DNA of 64,000 nt, from assembly GCA_946495655.1 (NCBI GenBank), contig CAMMDS010000002.1:28984-92983 (forward strand). Reading direction: 5' to 3'. Below the pieces are notes generated by a model. That model saw only the letters and a program-made list of their open reading frames with translations. It did no database searches and had not been told where the DNA came from. This document shows, in pieces, positions 42,753 to 52,616 of this stretch. Origin of the DNA: an uncultured Clostridium sp. (GTDB lineage: Bacteria > Bacillota > Clostridia > TANB77 > CAG-508). Numbering within the stretch: position 1 is the stretch's first letter; every line of letters starts with the position of its first letter. A program made the position numbers and the translations under genes.

Positions 42753-44368
42753 GGCAAATCCCCCTCTATAACAATCTTGACAAAATCGCCTTGTTTTTCT
42801 CCTTGTGTAGAAACTACATTTGTTAATATTCTATCTTCTTTAAGTTTTGCTTTAAAATATCCTAATTCATCGTAATATCTAGATTGTGCATTAATTACTA
42901 TATGTCTTCCTTCTGAACCTGCAGTATTTTCAATTTCAGTTATTTGTACTTGTCTAGGTATAGCAGACATTATTTCTACTAATAGATTTGGAATTGAGTT
43001 TTTTAAGCTCAAATCATTTTCTATTTTGTCATTTATATTTCTAAGGTTGTCTTCCATTTCTTTATATCTATTAGCTTTTTGTTTTACTTCATTTATATCA
43101 CTATCTGCTAAAGCTATCTGAGCATCTGTATAATCGCTTACTTCTTGTGCTTCAACTATTTTATCATTTATTCTATTATTTAAATAAATAGAAAAACCTG
43201 AAAATAATATTGTAAGCATTAATACTCCAGCAGCACTTCTTAATAACCACTTTTCTGTAAGATCAAATTTTCCTTTCAAGCTAAAGTTAAGTTTTTTTCC
43301 ACTTTTCTTTTCTTTTTTTCCTAAACTTACATCTATCTTTAGCCAATCTGGTAATTGGTCTATAAGGCTTGGTTTTTTGAAATTCATGTTCTTGATACCA
43401 TAGCCTAATCCTTGCATTGCTATAGCAATTGCTGAATTCACTTCTATATAGTCTTTTATGTTTATTTTTACGCTTTCTGTGATGAAATAAGGTTTTAGTA
43501 CTTCGCATTTTTCTGTTTGGAAAAACTCTTGAAAATATAAATCTATATTATTTACAACTGACATTGTACCAGTCAAATAAATCTTTTCAAACTTCACAGT
43601 TGTACTAGCTACATATTCTTGTACTTTTGTTACTATTTTGTATAATGTAGGCATTATATAATCTAGATATTCATTTTCTTCGTCCTGTAATTCTTTTCCT
43701 TCCATTGTGTATATTGTAGAATTTTTACAAATCTCATACGCTTTAGAATATGAATTTTCTTTACTAGCAATTTTTCCTAATATATCTCCAGAACCTTCTT
43801 CTAGTTTTTCTACATTATATATTTTTTGATTTATTATACTAGTTATACTAGTATTTTCTTCTATATTTACAATTATTATGTTTTCCTTAGGTTTAATAGA
43901 TGCAATATTGGCAATACTAGTTCCTATTGGAGTTATTGTAGATACCTTGTAATCATTGAATGTTTGTAAAGTTTTTGAAATTGACGATTTGTTTGAAGAA
44001 ACATGTATTACTTTTACTTTATCTTTATCATCAATTTCATTCGATAACGCATATCTTGCTTCAAATGCATTTTTATTTAACTTTTTGTCATAACAATATG
44101 AATCAAATTCAGTATCTATAGCTTGTTTTAGATCATTCTTGTTAAGAAGGCTAAACATATAGAAATAGTTGTATATTTCTTCAGATAGATTTATACTTAT
44201 TGGTATATTATAGCTATAAGTTTCTGAAACAATTTGTTCTATTGCTTCACCAATTTTTTCATAAAACTTTACTCCAAAAGATTCTATCTTTAAAAGTTCA
44301 CGATCTTTGGTTACTTTTGCATATTTAATTACATTGTTTTCTATATATAATCCTAAACAGCTAGACAT
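42749..44368 (-). CDS. pilMN: PilM-PilN fusion protein
   Basis: Actin-like PilM domain of about 330 aa, TM segment LLRSAAGVLMLTILFSGFSIYL, then PilN-like coiled-coil domain. Confidence 0.8.
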   Translation of the reverse strand: MSSCLGLYIENNVIKYAKVTKDRELLKIESFGVKFYEKIGEAIEQIVSETYSYNIPISINLSEEIYNYFYMFSLLNKNDLKQAIDTEFDSYCYDKKLNKNAFEARYALSNEIDDKDKVKVIHVSSNKSSISKTLQTFNDYKVSTITPIGTSIANIASIKPKENIIIVNIEENTSITSIINQKIYNVEKLEEGSGDILGKIASKENSYSKAYEICKNSTIYTMEGKELQDEENEYLDYIMPTLYKIVTKVQEYVASTTVKFEKIYLTGTMSVVNNIDLYFQEFFQTEKCEVLKPYFITESVKINIKDYIEVNSAIAIAMQGLGYGIKNMNFKKPSLIDQLPDWLKIDVSLGKKEKKSGKKLNFSLKGKFDLTEKWLLRSAAGVLMLTILFSGFSIYLNNRINDKIVEAQEVSDYTDAQIALADSDINEVKQKANRYKEMEDNLRNINDKIENDLSLKNSIPNLLVEIMSAIPRQVQITEIENTAGSEGRHIVINAQSRYYDELGYFKAKLKEDRILTNVVSTQGEKQGDFVKIVIEGDLP

Positions 44369-44535
44369 TTTATTCTCCTTCGTTTAAATTTGCACCATTA
44401 TTATATTTTGCAAAATGCAACAAATAATACTTGTATTTTTTTCCTTTTATTTTTCAACAATATAATTACAGTTCTTTTAATATTTTATCTTTTTTTATAA
44501 AAAAGTCAATATAAATTAAAAGATTTAATATAAAT

Positions 44536-44566
44536 GTAATATTTTTGTAATATTTTTGTAATATTT
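44536..44566 (-). promoter_or_regulatory. Three tandem GTAATATTTTT (11-bp) repeats upstream of the pilus operon
   Basis: TGTAATATTTTTGTAATATTTTTGTAATATTT about 170 nt upstream of the pilMN start. The same array occurs at 59249-59276 upstream of the pilin-RCC1 gene. Confidence 0.5.
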
Positions 44567-44671
44567 CCAATTTTTGTTTTTATTAAATCGAATTTAAACA
44601 GAATAATAGAACAAGTAAAAAAATAATTTCGAATATGTCGGTCAAGCTAATTTTCGCAGGTATTCTAAAAA

Positions 44672-44722
44672 AATTTTGGCAGCGCCCTCACGAAAGCGTG
44701 AGATTCCCTACCAAAATTTTTA
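44672..44722 (-). terminator. uppP terminator (CTCACGAAAGCGTGAG hairpin within a larger stem, T-run on the minus strand)
   Basis: GC-rich stem with GAAA tetraloop. Minus-strand T7 tract follows. Confidence 0.5.
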
Positions 44723-44844
44723 AAGATTACCTATGCTCAAATTACATTCCATTCCATATTCTCATTATTTTTTTACTTGTTCTATTATTCTATATATTAT
44801 TCTATATAATATTTTTTTATTAAATACTTTCAAATAAATACACT

Positions 44845-45651
44845 TTACATTCTTACAATTGCAAATATTAAAATTATAATACCAAATATAACTCTATATA
44901 TTGCAAAACCTTTAAAACTTCCCTTTTGCAAATAATGTAGTAACCACTTTATTACAATTATACCTACAATAAAACTTGCTAATATTCCGACAAAAAATGA
45001 AACACTAAATACAAAATCTTTTATTTTAAATATTGTTGCTGCAAATACAATAGGTGCAGAAAGCATGAAAGAATATCTCGCAGCAGAAGTTCTATCTACT
45101 CCCATTGCTCTTCCTGTTGTCATTGTAATTCCTGATCTAGAAACTCCAGGAATAAAAGCTAAACATTGTGAAAGTCCAATTAAAAAAGTTTGTTTAAATG
45201 TCATGTGCTCATAATCTGTTGTTGATTTCGATTTTTTATCAACGAAATATAAAATTATACCCATTATAATTAATGCAATCGCAATTATAACTGGTTTTTT
45301 TAGAATGTCTCCAGCAAATGTATCTAATAATAATCCTATTATACCACCAGGTATTGTAGCAATAACTAAATACCAAAACATTCTTCCTTCAGTTGTTTTT
45401 TTCTTTTTTACTACTTGATTAAATCCACCAACAATCAATCTAATCCAATCTTTGAAGAAAAATAGAGCAATTGCCAAAAATGTTCCAAAATGTAAAGCTA
45501 CATCAAAACCTTCAAACGCTATATTAAATTCTGGATTAGCAGTCCAATTTAAAAGCCATGGTATAATGTCTAAATGTCCTGAACTAGATATTGGTAATAG
45601 TTCTGTCAATCCCTGTATAATTCCTAATATTAATGCTTGTAAAACTGTCAT
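44845..45651 (-). CDS. uppP: Undecaprenyl-diphosphatase
   Basis: ELLPISSSGHL motif, 8-TM BacA family. Confidence 0.9.
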   Translation of the reverse strand: MTVLQALILGIIQGLTELLPISSSGHLDIIPWLLNWTANPEFNIAFEGFDVALHFGTFLAIALFFFKDWIRLIVGGFNQVVKKKKTTEGRMFWYLVIATIPGGIIGLLLDTFAGDILKKPVIIAIALIIMGIILYFVDKKSKSTTDYEHMTFKQTFLIGLSQCLAFIPGVSRSGITMTTGRAMGVDRTSAARYSFMLSAPIVFAATIFKIKDFVFSVSFFVGILASFIVGIIVIKWLLHYLQKGSFKGFAIYRVIFGIIILIFAIVRM

Positions 45652-45759
45652 TTGTTTTCTTCCTTTCTAATAAAATATTTTTAAATCTTAATAAACCATA
45701 TCATTTGATGCTCTATATGATATATTTATTGCGAATTTAATTATATACCTTAAATAATA

Positions 45760-46680
45760 TTAATGCAACATTAAGATTTTATTTATAATATCTTTTATAT
45801 ATTTTCCAGCTGTTCTAGGCATTTCTTTTCCAGGAATCCCTAGTGCAGTTATTACTTTAATTCCTAATCCTTTCGCATATTCTTTATTTATTCCTCCTGG
45901 TGATGATGCTAGGTCTATTATAAGCACATCTTTTCTAAAATGTTCTAATTCCTTTTTATCTATAACAATTGTCGGAACAGTATTTATAACTATGTCAAAT
46001 TCTGATGAATATTTATTCAGTTCATCATATTTAAGAGGAATATATCTCTTTTCTCTAATCCATGCCAAATCAGTTTCTTTTCTTGCTGAACAATAAATAT
46101 TGGCTCCAAGATTACTAAATCTATCACATAAAATTTTTCCTATTCTTCCAAATCCACAAATTAGTACATTACTTTCATGAATTGTTTCTTCTCTTTCTTC
46201 TATAGCTATTTTTATTGTTCCCTCAACCGTAGGAATTGCATTTAATATTGTAAGTTCCTCATTTTTCAATAAATCTATTGTATTTATTTTTTCATCATCA
46301 CATAAATCTTTTGGAATCCCTCCAGCAACAAATGTTTTACCTGATAATAATTTAGATATCTCATTTATTGTGATTTTTTGTTTAGAAAAAGGAGAATTTA
46401 TATTAATGTTATCTTTCGTAAATGGCATTCCACTTATTATCACATCAGAACTTTCTATTGTTTCTTCTAATGTATTGCATATTTTAATATTTTCATCAAT
46501 AACTTCATATTTTTTTCTAGTACAATTATCTTCATTACTATTTTTATTAATCTCAATTAAGTTCTTTTCAAAATATTTTTCTAATCCATATGTATAAATG
46601 TTGTTTATTTCTTTTTCTTTTGCATACATTTCTGCTAATCTAACTATACGCAAATCTCCCCCTACAATGGAAATATTCAT
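45760..46680 (-). CDS. dpaA: Dipicolinate synthase subunit A homolog (SpoVFA/DpaA family)
   Basis: NAIPTVEGTI, IDLASSPGG, GIKVITALGIPG align closely with B. subtilis SpoVFA. No dpaB follows it. Confidence 0.75.
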   Translation of the reverse strand: MNISIVGGDLRIVRLAEMYAKEKEINNIYTYGLEKYFEKNLIEINKNSNEDNCTRKKYEVIDENIKICNTLEETIESSDVIISGMPFTKDNININSPFSKQKITINEISKLLSGKTFVAGGIPKDLCDDEKINTIDLLKNEELTILNAIPTVEGTIKIAIEEREETIHESNVLICGFGRIGKILCDRFSNLGANIYCSARKETDLAWIREKRYIPLKYDELNKYSSEFDIVINTVPTIVIDKKELEHFRKDVLIIDLASSPGGINKEYAKGLGIKVITALGIPGKEMPRTAGKYIKDIINKILMLH

Positions 46681-46749
46681 AAAAAATCACATCCTCATAC
46701 ATTATTTATATTAATTATATGAGGATGCTTTGTATTTTATTTTAATTAA

Positions 46750-47961
46750 TTAGTTTTCTCGTTGTTTTTCTTCTTTTTCTATTTCTTTTTCTTTTAGGTT
46801 CTTCATCATTGTTAAATCATCATTATTAAGGTTGCTAATTAGAGAACATGTTTTGGATAAATGGTTCAACGCTTTTCTTTCTTTTAAAAGTAATTTTGTT
46901 CTTTTCTTTTCCTCTTTTTGCTTATTTTCTGGTTTCCTTATTTCATTTTTTATTGGCATAAATACAGTTTCTCTTTGAGCTTTGTCATATATTTTAGGAT
47001 CTAATTCTACTGCTATATTCATATAATTTGTTGCTTTTTCTTTTTCGCCTCTTAATATTGCAACTTGTGATAAATAATAATATGAGCCAGCTTCTACGTC
47101 CTCTCCTTTAATACTTTCTTTAAAATATTTTTCTGCTTCATCCAAATCCCCAGCAATTAGCGCTATCTGTCCTATACTAAGTTTTGCATTATATAAAAGT
47201 GAATTGATTTCTGCCGCTTTTTGATAGAACTCCTTTGCTCTTTGAAAATCATTGACCATTGTATATACCATTCCTAAGTTATAGTATAAATCATAATTTC
47301 CTGGATTATATCTTAATGCATTCATATAAACATTTATTGCTTCTTTATATCTTTCATTAGTATATAATATTTCTCCTAACAAATTAGTTGCTTCATAATA
47401 TTCTGGTTTCTTTTTTAATATATCTTGAAGAACTGTAATTGCTTCTTCTGGCCTTTCATCTTTATTAAGCAATCTTGCCATATTATAATTCAACTTAATA
47501 TCTTTATTATTTATCTCAGATGCACGTATATATTCATCTACTGCAATAGAATATTTTTCTTCTTTTTCATATACCTCAGCCAATGTTTTATGCCCAATAT
47601 AACTATTAGGATATTTATTAATTAGTTTAAACAAATAATCTTTTGCTTGCTCTGTATTTCCAGAACTTAATGCTATTTTTGCCAGCAATAAATTTAAGAT
47701 TTCCGGAAAATCAATTTTTTTCTTATATTCAATTAACAGTATAATACCTGGAATTATTATTGATAATATGTATATTATAATTCTAAAAAATAAATTTAAA
47801 TGTATATTAAAAAATAGCTCTATAAAATTTATTACAATACCTATAAATTCTAATCCCAATACATACACATAACTTGTATCATTTTTCTTTATGAATTTAC
47901 CAAATACAATTATAAATATTGCAAAAGCTAGAATATTAAAAATTATTTTTTCTATCAACAT
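46750..47961 (-). CDS. TPR-repeat protein with N-terminal membrane segments
   Basis: Multiple TPR units (YYNLG.VY, A...Y.KA.E.N). Three N-terminal TM helices. Confidence 0.7.
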   Translation of the reverse strand: MLIEKIIFNILAFAIFIIVFGKFIKKNDTSYVYVLGLEFIGIVINFIELFFNIHLNLFFRIIIYILSIIIPGIILLIEYKKKIDFPEILNLLLAKIALSSGNTEQAKDYLFKLINKYPNSYIGHKTLAEVYEKEEKYSIAVDEYIRASEINNKDIKLNYNMARLLNKDERPEEAITVLQDILKKKPEYYEATNLLGEILYTNERYKEAINVYMNALRYNPGNYDLYYNLGMVYTMVNDFQRAKEFYQKAAEINSLLYNAKLSIGQIALIAGDLDEAEKYFKESIKGEDVEAGSYYYLSQVAILRGEKEKATNYMNIAVELDPKIYDKAQRETVFMPIKNEIRKPENKQKEEKKRTKLLLKERKALNHLSKTCSLISNLNNDDLTMMKNLKEKEIEKEEKQREN

Positions 47962-48110
47962 TTATCACCTCTCTTCAACTCTGACAAAAGTGATTTTTTG
48001 TCCCACTCTTTGATTTTTAAATTTTAGAAAACTACTCTTCGCTAAAGTTATTTAGCAAATTAGATATTCCATAACTTTTAATTAGCTTTAAAATATTTCC
48101 TATAACCATA

Positions 48111-48656
48111 TTATATTCTGTTACCAAATTTTTCTTCATATGATTTCATGCATTTTTCTATTATTGCTTCTGCGTCTTCTCTTCCAAGCATTCTATCTAC
48201 AGTAGTAGTTTTTCCTTCTAATTGTTTATATACTTCAAAGAAATGTTTTATTTCATCAGAAACATGATTAGGAAGTGCAGATATGTCATTATATACATTT
48301 AGGTATGGGTCTTTTTTAGATATTGCAATTATTTTTTCATCTTCCTCACCATTATCATTCATAATAAGAACTCCTATTGGATAACATTCTACAAGTGTTA
48401 ATGGCACAATTTCTTCGTTACATAAAATTAGTACATCTAATGGATCTTTATCTTCTGCATATGTACGAGGAATGAAGCCATAATTTGTTGGATAATGAGT
48501 AGCTGTATATAGAACTCTATCTAGTTTTAGCATTCCTGTTTCTTTATCCATTTCATATTTTACATCTCCACCTTTTGAGATTTCTACTACTCCTACAAAA
48601 TCATTTTTATTTATTCTTTCTTTGCTTATATCATGCCAAATATTCATATTCATCAT
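48111..48656 (-). CDS. ppa: Inorganic pyrophosphatase (family I)
   Basis: DPLDVLIL signature and E..D acid cluster. Confidence 0.9.
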   Translation of the reverse strand: MMNMNIWHDISKERINKNDFVGVVEISKGGDVKYEMDKETGMLKLDRVLYTATHYPTNYGFIPRTYAEDKDPLDVLILCNEEIVPLTLVECYPIGVLIMNDNGEEDEKIIAISKKDPYLNVYNDISALPNHVSDEIKHFFEVYKQLEGKTTTVDRMLGREDAEAIIEKCMKSYEEKFGNRI

Positions 48657-48809
48657 TCCTTTTTATTATATTTATTTTTGTATTTATTACTATGCATAAT
48701 TTTACTTTTACTATTTTAATTTAATTTAAATGTTTTGTCCAGTATTTCATTTAAATTGTAACAAAAAAGTAAAGATTCATTTAATCCTTACTTTTTTGTT
48801 AATTTATTT

Positions 48810-51143
48810 TTATTTATATAATTTTTCTATTGCCCTTTCAACCGCTTCTCTTTCATCCCAGTAATATTGTACTCCTTTAATTTCTTGATATTGTTCATGT
48901 CCTTTTCCGATTAAAAGAATAATATCTCCATTTTCTGCATTCTTCATTGCGTACTCTATTGCTTCTTGTCTATCTTCTATAATAATGTATTTGCCATTAC
49001 TTCTATTTAATCCTGTGATTATATCATTATTAATAGATTCAATTTCTTCAAATCTAGGATTGTCCTCTGTAAGAATTGTAAGCCCTGCATATTTTCCTGA
49101 TATTTCTCCCATATCATATCTTCTATCTCTTGCTCTGTTTCCGCCACCACCGAAGATGCAAACTATTCTTTTTGGTTTATACTCCATTATTGTTTCCATT
49201 AAATTAGTCATTTCATCTTCATTATGAGCATAATCTATAATTAATTTGTATTTATCATTTGAAACAGCAAGTTCCATTCTTCCTTTAACAGAAACTGTTG
49301 TTAACACTTTCTTCATTGCATCTTTACTTATTCCTATTTCATTTGCAATTGTGATTGCACACAATGAATTATATACGGAAAATCTTCCTGGAATTGATAC
49401 CTCAAACTTATCATTTATTTTTCCTGCTACATCAAATCCCATTCCTAAGAATTTATCATTCATAATAAATTTTATATTTGAAGCTCTCATATCTAAATCT
49501 TCTTCGTTCATTCCAAATCTAATAACTTTACAAGTGTGATTTTTCAATATATTTTCATAATTTTTATCATCGGCATTTATAATCCCTGTATTACATTTTT
49601 GGAATAATAAACTTTTACAGAACATATATTCTTCAAAACTTTCATGTTCATTTGGTCCAATATGTTCTTTTGATATATTTGTAAAAACACCATAATCAAA
49701 TGTAAATCCATCTACTCTGTGCATTTTTAATCCTTGTGATGATACTTCCATTATTGCATATTTACAACCTTCGTCGCACATCTCTCTGAATAGTTTTTGT
49801 ATTTCATAATTTTCTGGCGTTGTATTATGAAGAGGAATTTTTCTCTTTCCAATAAAAGCTCCTATTGTGCCAATCAAACCTGCTTTTTTTCCATCAGCTT
49901 CTATCATTCTTTTTAATATTGTTGATGTTGATGTTTTTCCTGCAGTTCCTGTTATTCCTATAACAGTCAATTCTTTTGCTGGATAATTAAAATACGCAGC
50001 AGATATTTCTGCCATTGCTTCTCTTGATGATTTAACCCTTATTACTGTTATATCTTCTTTTGGCATATCTATTTCTTTTTCTATTACTATTACTTTTGCA
50101 CCTTTTTTTATAACATCTGGAATATATTTATGTCCATCTGACGTAGCTCCCACCTTTGCTACATACATATCATCTTTTTCTACTTTTCTAGAATCATCTT
50201 TCACATCAGATATTTCTACATTTAAACTACCTTTTACTAACTCATAATCCACATTTCTTAATAATTGTGTTAATTCTGTAGTTCTGTTCTTTTTTATAAT
50301 GTTATCAACATCTATTTCTGATTCAAATACTGTATGAGATGGGCCTTTCATAAACATTTTTCCGCTTTTTTCATCCCAATTTGTTTCAAGTATTCCTCCT
50401 ATTTGATGAACATTAACTTTTCTATCACATCGTCCTGTTAAAACTGCTGCTACTGTTGCTGTACAACATCCAGTTCCACAACCTATTGTTTCTCCAGTTC
50501 CTCTTTCCCATTCTCTTATTTTTATATTATTTCTATCTATTACTTGTGCAAACGTTACATTAGTTTTATTTGGGAATAACTCTGTTTTATATTCAATTGC
50601 CTTTCCATATTTTTCTACATCAAAATTATCTACATCATCTATAAACATTACACAATGAGGATTTCCCCATGAAATTGCAGTTATTTTTAATGTTTTATCT
50701 AATACTTTTACTTCTTGCTCTACAAATTCTGTTAAATCTGTATTTACTGGAATAACACTAGTATCTAATACTGGTTTTCCAATATTAGCTTCTATGTTTA
50801 TCGCTTTTCCATTTTCTACTGTTAATTTTACATGTTGAATTCCACCTAATGTTTCTATTTCTAATTCTGTTTTGTCTGTTAAATTATGATCATATACATA
50901 TTTGCTTAAACTTCTTAATGCATTACCACACATTTCTCCTTCTGTACCATCTGGATTAAACATTCTCATTTTAAAATCTGCAACATCAGAACTACATATT
51001 AGAACTAAGCCATCAGAACCAACCCCAAAATGTCTATTACTTAGATATTTAGCAAGTTCATGCACATTATTAATTTTTTGATTAATTGCATCTATATATA
51101 CATAGTCATTACCATATGCTTGCATTTTTGTAAATTTTGTCAT
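48810..51143 (-). CDS. Bifunctional fusion: diaminopimelate epimerase (DapF) N-terminal domain plus UDP-N-acetylmuramoyl-tripeptide (meso-DAP-adding) ligase MurE-like C-terminal domain
   Basis: N-terminus MTKFTKMQAYGNDYVYID, catalytic Cys motifs GEMCGNA and GCGTGCCT (DapF). C-terminus GITGTAGKTSTS P-loop and DNPR motif (MurE). Start at 51143 after GGGAGG. Confidence 0.8.
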   Translation of the reverse strand: MTKFTKMQAYGNDYVYIDAINQKINNVHELAKYLSNRHFGVGSDGLVLICSSDVADFKMRMFNPDGTEGEMCGNALRSLSKYVYDHNLTDKTELEIETLGGIQHVKLTVENGKAINIEANIGKPVLDTSVIPVNTDLTEFVEQEVKVLDKTLKITAISWGNPHCVMFIDDVDNFDVEKYGKAIEYKTELFPNKTNVTFAQVIDRNNIKIREWERGTGETIGCGTGCCTATVAAVLTGRCDRKVNVHQIGGILETNWDEKSGKMFMKGPSHTVFESEIDVDNIIKKNRTTELTQLLRNVDYELVKGSLNVEISDVKDDSRKVEKDDMYVAKVGATSDGHKYIPDVIKKGAKVIVIEKEIDMPKEDITVIRVKSSREAMAEISAAYFNYPAKELTVIGITGTAGKTSTSTILKRMIEADGKKAGLIGTIGAFIGKRKIPLHNTTPENYEIQKLFREMCDEGCKYAIMEVSSQGLKMHRVDGFTFDYGVFTNISKEHIGPNEHESFEEYMFCKSLLFQKCNTGIINADDKNYENILKNHTCKVIRFGMNEEDLDMRASNIKFIMNDKFLGMGFDVAGKINDKFEVSIPGRFSVYNSLCAITIANEIGISKDAMKKVLTTVSVKGRMELAVSNDKYKLIIDYAHNEDEMTNLMETIMEYKPKRIVCIFGGGGNRARDRRYDMGEISGKYAGLTILTEDNPRFEEIESINNDIITGLNRSNGKYIIIEDRQEAIEYAMKNAENGDIILLIGKGHEQYQEIKGVQYYWDEREAVERAIEKLYK

Positions 51144-51235
51144 TTTTATTCCTCCCATATTTTGGATAATTTAAACAGACTTATTTAATCAAAATTAATA
51201 GTTTAACCTTGATTAAATATGCCTGCTCTACTTTT

Positions 51236-52414
51236 CTATTTCATTGCTTGTTCTAGATCCGCAATAATATCATCCACATCTTCAATTCCTACAGATAGTC
51301 TTAGTAATGTATCTGTTATTCCCAAAGCATTTCTCTTTTCTTCAGATATTTCAGTATGTGTTCTACTTACAGGATGAGTAATTAGACTTTCTACTCCGCC
51401 TAAGCTTTCTGCAAATATAACTAGTTTTAGACTTGTTAGAATTTTATTTACAGTTTCAATATTATTTACCCTGAAAGAAATCATTCCTCCAAATCCTGTA
51501 GTTTGCTTCTTAGTAACTGCATAATCTTTATGATCTTCAAAACCTACATAATATACTTTTTCAACTTTTGGTTGATTGCGAAGCCAATTTGCGACTTTCA
51601 TTGCATTTTGTGCATGTTTGTCCATTCTTAATGCCAATGTTTTTAATCCTCTTAACATTATCCATGAATCCATTGGTCCAAGTCCTGCTCCATAGATATA
51701 CATTTGTATTTCCAATCTTTCACCAATTTTAGAATCTTTTACTACAACAACTCCAGCAAGAACATCATTATGTCCTGCTAAATATTTTGTACCACTGTGA
51801 ACTACAATATCTGCTCCTAGTGTAAGTGGTTTTTGGAAATATGGTGTCAAAAATGTATTATCTACAACTACTAATGCACCTATATCATGTCCAATTTTTG
51901 AAATTTCATTAATATCTGCAACTTTCATCATAGGGTTTGTAGGTGTCTCTATAAATATCATTTTTGTATTTTTCTTTATAGTTCTTTTTAATAAATCTAT
52001 ATCAGATAAATCAATGCTATCATATTCTACACCATTTACAGTTAATACTTCATTAACTTCTCTGAATGTGCCTCCATAAATATCATCAGACATTATCACA
52101 TGGTCTCCTGGTTTCAGTAATGAGAATACAAGTGTTATAGCTGCCATTCCTGAATTTACAGCAAATGCTCTTGTTCCTTCTTCAAGTATTGCCATTGTTT
52201 TTTCCAACTCTTCCCTTGTTGGATTAATACATCTTGAATAATTGTATGGATCTCTTATTTCAATTGAACTGTGTTTAAAAGTAGCTGTTTGATAAATTGG
52301 GAAGCTTAATGAACCAGTTGCCGGATCTACTCCCTCTGCACCATGCACAACTTTTGATGCAAATTTTAAATTTTCCTTTCTGTTAAAATTTTGATAATCT
52401 TTTGAATCTTTCAT
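51236..52414 (-). CDS. Cys/Met-metabolism PLP-dependent enzyme (cystathionine gamma-synthase / beta-lyase / methionine gamma-lyase family)
   Basis: PLP lysine in SGTKYLAGH. Family-typical length. Start at MKDSKDY with GAGGT RBS. Confidence 0.85.
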   Translation of the reverse strand: MKDSKDYQNFNRKENLKFASKVVHGAEGVDPATGSLSFPIYQTATFKHSSIEIRDPYNYSRCINPTREELEKTMAILEEGTRAFAVNSGMAAITLVFSLLKPGDHVIMSDDIYGGTFREVNEVLTVNGVEYDSIDLSDIDLLKRTIKKNTKMIFIETPTNPMMKVADINEISKIGHDIGALVVVDNTFLTPYFQKPLTLGADIVVHSGTKYLAGHNDVLAGVVVVKDSKIGERLEIQMYIYGAGLGPMDSWIMLRGLKTLALRMDKHAQNAMKVANWLRNQPKVEKVYYVGFEDHKDYAVTKKQTTGFGGMISFRVNNIETVNKILTSLKLVIFAESLGGVESLITHPVSRTHTEISEEKRNALGITDTLLRLSVGIEDVDDIIADLEQAMK

Positions 52415-52616
52415 GTTTATTACCTCAGTTTCTAATATTATCACAGTATATTCTTAATTAAGAATATAAGCCTGTCGGTTTAAACATGTTAATATTATAT
52501 ACTATTTTTTCTAATTAGTATAGAGTTTTTTTATTTTTTCGGCATTTTTTTAAGTTATAGTTTCAAATATCAACACATATAGAAAAAGAAGAACGTAACC
52601 GTTCTTCTCTAAAGTA

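Noticed and set aside
44635-44823. ORF 44635..44823 between uppP and pilMN
   Set aside because: It covers the uppP terminator hairpin and the AT-rich promoter spacer. No RBS, and the translation is low-complexity.
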